From contig OZ241892.1 of assembly GCA_965203485.1 (NCBI GenBank), positions 3,040,001 through 3,104,000 of the forward strand: DNA of 64,000 bases. Direction: 5' to 3'. The notes below the pieces were generated by a model that saw nothing but the letters and a program-made list of their open reading frames with translations, did not search any database and was not told the origin of the DNA. A program made the translations under genes and the position numbers. The stretch is from Longimicrobiales bacterium (lineage in GTDB: Bacteria > Gemmatimonadota > Gemmatimonadetes > Longimicrobiales > Gaopeijiaceae). Shown here one piece after another: positions 60,395 to 64,000 of the stretch (position 1 is its first letter; every line of letters starts with the position of its first letter).

Positions 60395-61666
60395 TCATGC
60401 CCCGCTCCCGGGTTCGTCGTGGCTCAGCAGCGCCGCCAACTCTTCGGGATCCAGGGTCACGCCCGCCTTGCTTCCCGATCCGCCCTTGCGCCGCCGCTTG
60501 CGGGGCGCTGGATCGCTCCCTTCGCGGACAGTGCCGCCGGCGAAGTCGAACTCGGGGTGGTGGACGCGCTCCAGCTTGCGGCCGAGCTCGTATTCCAATG
60601 CGCGAAAAGCGCCCAGGTCGGCGGCGGCCACGAACGTCACCGCCTCGCCGGTGGCGCCCGCCCGTCCGGTCCGTCCGATCCTGTGGACGTAGTCGTCGGG
60701 GTCCAGCGGCACGTCGTAGTTCACCACGTGCGAGATGCCCTCGATGTCTAGTCCTCGCTGGGCGATGTCGGTTGCCACGAGAACGCGCACGGAGCCCGCG
60801 GTGAAACGTTCGACGGCCCGCGTCCGGTCGCGCATCTGCCGGTTCGAGTGGATGACGTCGCACGAGACGCCCGCCGCGTTGAGCCGGGTCCGCAACACGT
60901 CCGCGCCGACCTTGGTGCGGGTGAAGACGAGCACCTGCTGCCACTCCGGCTGCTCCAGGAGATGGGCGAGCAGGTCGGGCTTCTTCTCGGGACGCACGGA
61001 GTAGGCGACCTCGCTGATGCCTTGGGCCTTCGTGCCGGACGGCGTCACCTCGATCCACGCGGGATCGCGCGTCATGCGGAGCGCCAAGTCGTGGACCGGG
61101 TTGGGCATGGTGGCCGAGAACAGCAACGTCTGGGGCCTGCGTCCCAGGCCCCGGACGACATCCTCGATTTGGGGCCGGAAGCCCATGTCCAGCATCCGGT
61201 CCGCTTCGTCGAGGATGAGGATGCGCACGCTCTTCAGCTTGGCGCTGCCGCGTTTCTGCAGGTCGATCAGCCGGCCGGGGGTTGCAACGATCACTTCGTC
61301 GCCGCGGGCCAGCGCGTCCGTCTGCGGGCCGTAGGAGACCCCGCCGTGAATCACCGAGCAACGGACGTTCGACCCCTTGGCGAATGCAACGGTGTCGTCC
61401 TGCACTTGGCGGGCGAGTTCGCGGGTGGGGCAGAGAACGAGCGCCTGGAGTCCCCCGCCGGCCTCGATGGCGTCGAGGGAAGGCAACATGAACGCGCCGG
61501 TCTTGCCGGTGCCGGTGCGGGCGATGCCGACGAGGTCGCGGCCTGCCCGCAACGGAGGAATGGCCTGCGCTTGGATGGGCGTGGGCTCGGTCCAGCCCAA
61601 GGCGTCCACGGCGGCGAGCCGCGGCGCGGAGAGTCCCAGGCTCGAGAACGTGGTCGCTTCGATCAA
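60395..61666 (-). CDS. DEAD-box RNA helicase (RhlE-like; start uncertain)
   Basis: Q motif PTPIQ, TGTGKT, PTRELA, DEAD, SAT, HRIGRTGR. Confidence 0.95.
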   Translation of the reverse strand: MIEATTFSSLGLSAPRLAAVDALGWTEPTPIQAQAIPPLRAGRDLVGIARTGTGKTGAFMLPSLDAIEAGGGLQALVLCPTRELARQVQDDTVAFAKGSNVRCSVIHGGVSYGPQTDALARGDEVIVATPGRLIDLQKRGSAKLKSVRILILDEADRMLDMGFRPQIEDVVRGLGRRPQTLLFSATMPNPVHDLALRMTRDPAWIEVTPSGTKAQGISEVAYSVRPEKKPDLLAHLLEQPEWQQVLVFTRTKVGADVLRTRLNAAGVSCDVIHSNRQMRDRTRAVERFTAGSVRVLVATDIAQRGLDIEGISHVVNYDVPLDPDDYVHRIGRTGRAGATGEAVTFVAAADLGAFRALEYELGRKLERVHHPEFDFAGGTVREGSDPAPRKRRRKGGSGSKAGVTLDPEELAALLSHDEPGSGA

Positions 61667-61922
61667 CAGACGTCCGGGGAATGGTGTGGCGGGATTTCGG
61701 GCGCTCCAGTGCGCGGCCCGAAGCGCGAAGCGTCGCCGAACAAGGAGCGCTCCCGCACGTGGTCTTCGCGATCGCACAAATCTATTGCAGGGAAGCGGGA
61801 TCATGGAAGGGCGGAATTCGCCGGGGGCATTGTTCGGACGGTTGGGTCCAGCGGCCGCTCTTCGCGCCTGCGGCACCCCCGGCACCTTGCGGCGACAAGG
61901 CGCGCCCCCGAGAATCGAGAGC

Positions 61923-62417
61923 ATGACAGCGCCTGAAAGCGGCACGTCCGTTCTCTTCGTTTGCCTCGGCAACATCTGCCGCTCTCCGTTGGCCGAAGGC
62001 GTCTTCGCCTCGATGGCCGCCGAACGGGGACTCGCCGAACGGTTCGAGATTGATTCCGCGGGCACGGCGGGCTACCACAGCGGCGAAGCGCCCGACCCGC
62101 GTTCCGTGGCGGTCGCGGACAAGCACGGCATCCGCCTCGTTGGGGCCGCCCGTCAAGTAACTCGCGCCGACTTGGCCCGTCCCGGCCTGGTAGTAGCCAT
62201 GGACGCCAGCAACCGCCGGTCCCTGGAGCGCCTCCTCGGCCCGCGCGACCAAGCCGAAATCGTGGCCATGCGCGACTTCGACCCCGACGATCCCGGCGGC
62301 GACGTGCCGGACCCGTACTACGGCGGCCCCGGCGGCTTCGACGACGTCTACGAAATCCTGGACCGTTCCTGCCGGGGCCTCCTGGACGAGCTGGTCCGGC
62401 GCGCGGCCGGGGATTGA
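61923..62417 (+). CDS. Low-molecular-weight protein tyrosine phosphatase
   Basis: CLGNICRS, DSAGT, PDPYYG. Confidence 0.95.
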   Translation: MTAPESGTSVLFVCLGNICRSPLAEGVFASMAAERGLAERFEIDSAGTAGYHSGEAPDPRSVAVADKHGIRLVGAARQVTRADLARPGLVVAMDASNRRSLERLLGPRDQAEIVAMRDFDPDDPGGDVPDPYYGGPGGFDDVYEILDRSCRGLLDELVRRAAGD

Positions 62418-63364
62418 GCGACGCTCCGGCCGCGGCCGCGCTCCTAGCCGCCGGCCTGTCCCCAAGCGACCTCCGCTCCGTCGCTCCAGTTGGCGGGGGT
62501 TGCATCAACGAGAGCGCTCGCCTCGAGACGCGCGCGGGCAACTTCTTTCTCAAGTGGAACCGCGACGCCGACGAAGAGTTCTTCCGCGCCGAAGCCGAAG
62601 GACTGGAGGCGCTGGCGGCAACCGGAACCGTGCGGATTCCCCGGGTCGTTGCCCGGAGCGAGAACGGCGTTGCCGTCCACTGGCTGCTGCTTGAGTGGAT
62701 CGAGCGAACGTCCGGCGCCGCACCGGATTGGGCTCGGCTCGGCCGGGAACTGGCGGCCCTGCACGCGCACCTGACATCGGCGGACTGCCCGGAGCCGCAT
62801 CGCCGGGAACCGGTCGACCCCAAGTCGTCCCGGCCGCGCCCGGCCCCCGGCCTCTACGGCTGGCCCTCCCCCAACTTCATCGGCCCACTGCCCCAGCCCA
62901 ACCCGGAGACCGCCGATTGGCCGGCCTTCTGGACTCGCAACCGAATCCTTCCGCTGGCAAGGGAGCTTCGGGCCTCCGGCACCCTCTCCGTTCGCGACGC
63001 CGACCGGATCGAACGGGCCGCCGCCCGCATGGAGGCCCTCCTCGAGCCCGCCCCCACCGACGGCCCGTCGCTGCTGCATGGCGACCTGTGGTCGGGCAAC
63101 GTGCTCTTCGACGCCCACGGCCGCCCGGCGCTGATCGACCCGGCTGTGTATCACGGCCACCGCGAAGCAGACCTGGCGATGGCCGCGCTCTTCGGCAGCT
63201 TCGGTCCCGCGTTCGACACGACCTACCAAGAGGCGTGGCCTCTGCTGCCCGGCCACGAGGAGCGTCGCCCCGCCTACCAACTGTACCCGTTGCTCGTCCA
63301 CGCCCGCCTGTTCGGCGGCGGCTACGTGGGCCAGGCCGTGGCGACCGCGCGGCGCGTGGGCTAA
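62414..63364 (+). CDS. Fructosamine kinase family protein
   Basis: GGGCIN, F.AEAEGL, LLHGDLWSGN, IDPA.Y.GHRE.DLAM. Confidence 0.93.
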   Translation: MSDAPAAAALLAAGLSPSDLRSVAPVGGGCINESARLETRAGNFFLKWNRDADEEFFRAEAEGLEALAATGTVRIPRVVARSENGVAVHWLLLEWIERTSGAAPDWARLGRELAALHAHLTSADCPEPHRREPVDPKSSRPRPAPGLYGWPSPNFIGPLPQPNPETADWPAFWTRNRILPLARELRASGTLSVRDADRIERAAARMEALLEPAPTDGPSLLHGDLWSGNVLFDAHGRPALIDPAVYHGHREADLAMAALFGSFGPAFDTTYQEAWPLLPGHEERRPAYQLYPLLVHARLFGGGYVGQAVATARRVG

Positions 63365-63439
63365 GCTGGACTGCCACCGCCTCGCCGCCTACCTTCCTCC
63401 CAAGCAGGGTCCATCCCGGCCACGACGCCCACGACCACC

Positions 63440-64000
63440 GTGCTCCAAGACAAGTACCGCCGCATCGATGTCGGCTCCGACGACGGGATTGACGAATCCA
63501 TCGACGGCGCGATCGACCTGCTGAACGGCCATTTCGATCCGGACGACTTCTTTGTCACCCGAGCCGACAGCGCATTCCAAGTGTGGTTGCGGCAGGTAGA
63601 CGTCACGGCCTTGGACAATGCCGTGCGGGCTACGTTAGCCACACACGCCGGTGCTGAACCGCTGCGACAGATCGTGCCGGCGGTCACGGCCATCGGCGCG
63701 TACGGAGTCAACGGCAAGAAGCGCCTTTATGTAGGGTACAACCGCGAACGCAAGGTCGTCGGCCGCAAGACGAAGGAGCGTCGGCGCGGAAAGCACTACT
63801 ACGCGAACGGAGCCGGGTTCAGCAAGCGCGAATGCGCCCTTCCAATCGCCGTCGCCGACACGATTGTCTGTGGTGACAGCGAGCAAGTTCTGAGACGGTT
63901 GCCGAACAACTGCGTCGACCTCGTGTTCACGTCTCCCCCGTACAACTTCGGTCTGGGATATTCCGACGCCAGCACCGACAGGGGCGATGCGATTGACTGG
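63440..64000 (+). CDS. Partial beta-class amino (likely N4-cytosine) DNA methyltransferase, runs off the window
   Basis: Manual translation: IVCGDSEQVLRRLPNNCVDLVFTSPPYNFG; frame is open from 63365 to the end. Confidence 0.82.
   Translation, partial: MLQDKYRRIDVGSDDGIDESIDGAIDLLNGHFDPDDFFVTRADSAFQVWLRQVDVTALDNAVRATLATHAGAEPLRQIVPAVTAIGAYGVNGKKRLYVGYNRERKVVGRKTKERRRGKHYYANGAGFSKRECALPIAVADTIVCGDSEQVLRRLPNNCVDLVFTSPPYNFGLGYSDASTDRGDAIDW

Overview
High-GC bacterial chromosome segment. The gene content (secreted beta-propeller lipoproteins, Rpn paralogues, serine hydrolase-VanX fusion) suggests a Gemmatimonadota-like organism, but that is inference only. Intact housekeeping blocks (EamA-uvrA-GT2-gyrA-Thr dehydratase-DsbA-VKOR-PhoX at 18.4-30.3 kb; ilvA-like, DEAD-box helicase, LMW-PTP and fructosamine kinase at 58.6-63.4 kb) alternate with accessory DNA that is partly decayed. 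(i) At the left edge a cysteine desulfurase is followed by a 48-residue DndC-like stub fused to an ATPase remnant, i.e. an apparently deleted phosphorothioation cluster. (ii) A methyltransferase-like/radical-SAM pair converges on an IetAS-like ATPase-subtilase pair. (iii) A tandem, mosaic array of secreted beta-propeller-like genes has repeated 360-bp promoter/terminator spacers. (iv) Two frameshifted Rpn nuclease genes keep intact internal antitoxin-like ORFs. (v) An IS1182-family element with CTAG target duplication cuts a lipoprotein signal peptide. (vi) A ~20-kb defence island (38.6-58.5 kb) holds an SNF2/DUF1156/DUF499 restriction-like system with a nested C5-MTase plus GHKL-nuclease and a KGGVGR ParA-like gene, followed by an ABC-ATPase/PIN pair and an SBD-HNH nuclease. 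No tRNA, rRNA or CRISPR array was recognised. All family calls come from motifs read by eye, not from database searches.
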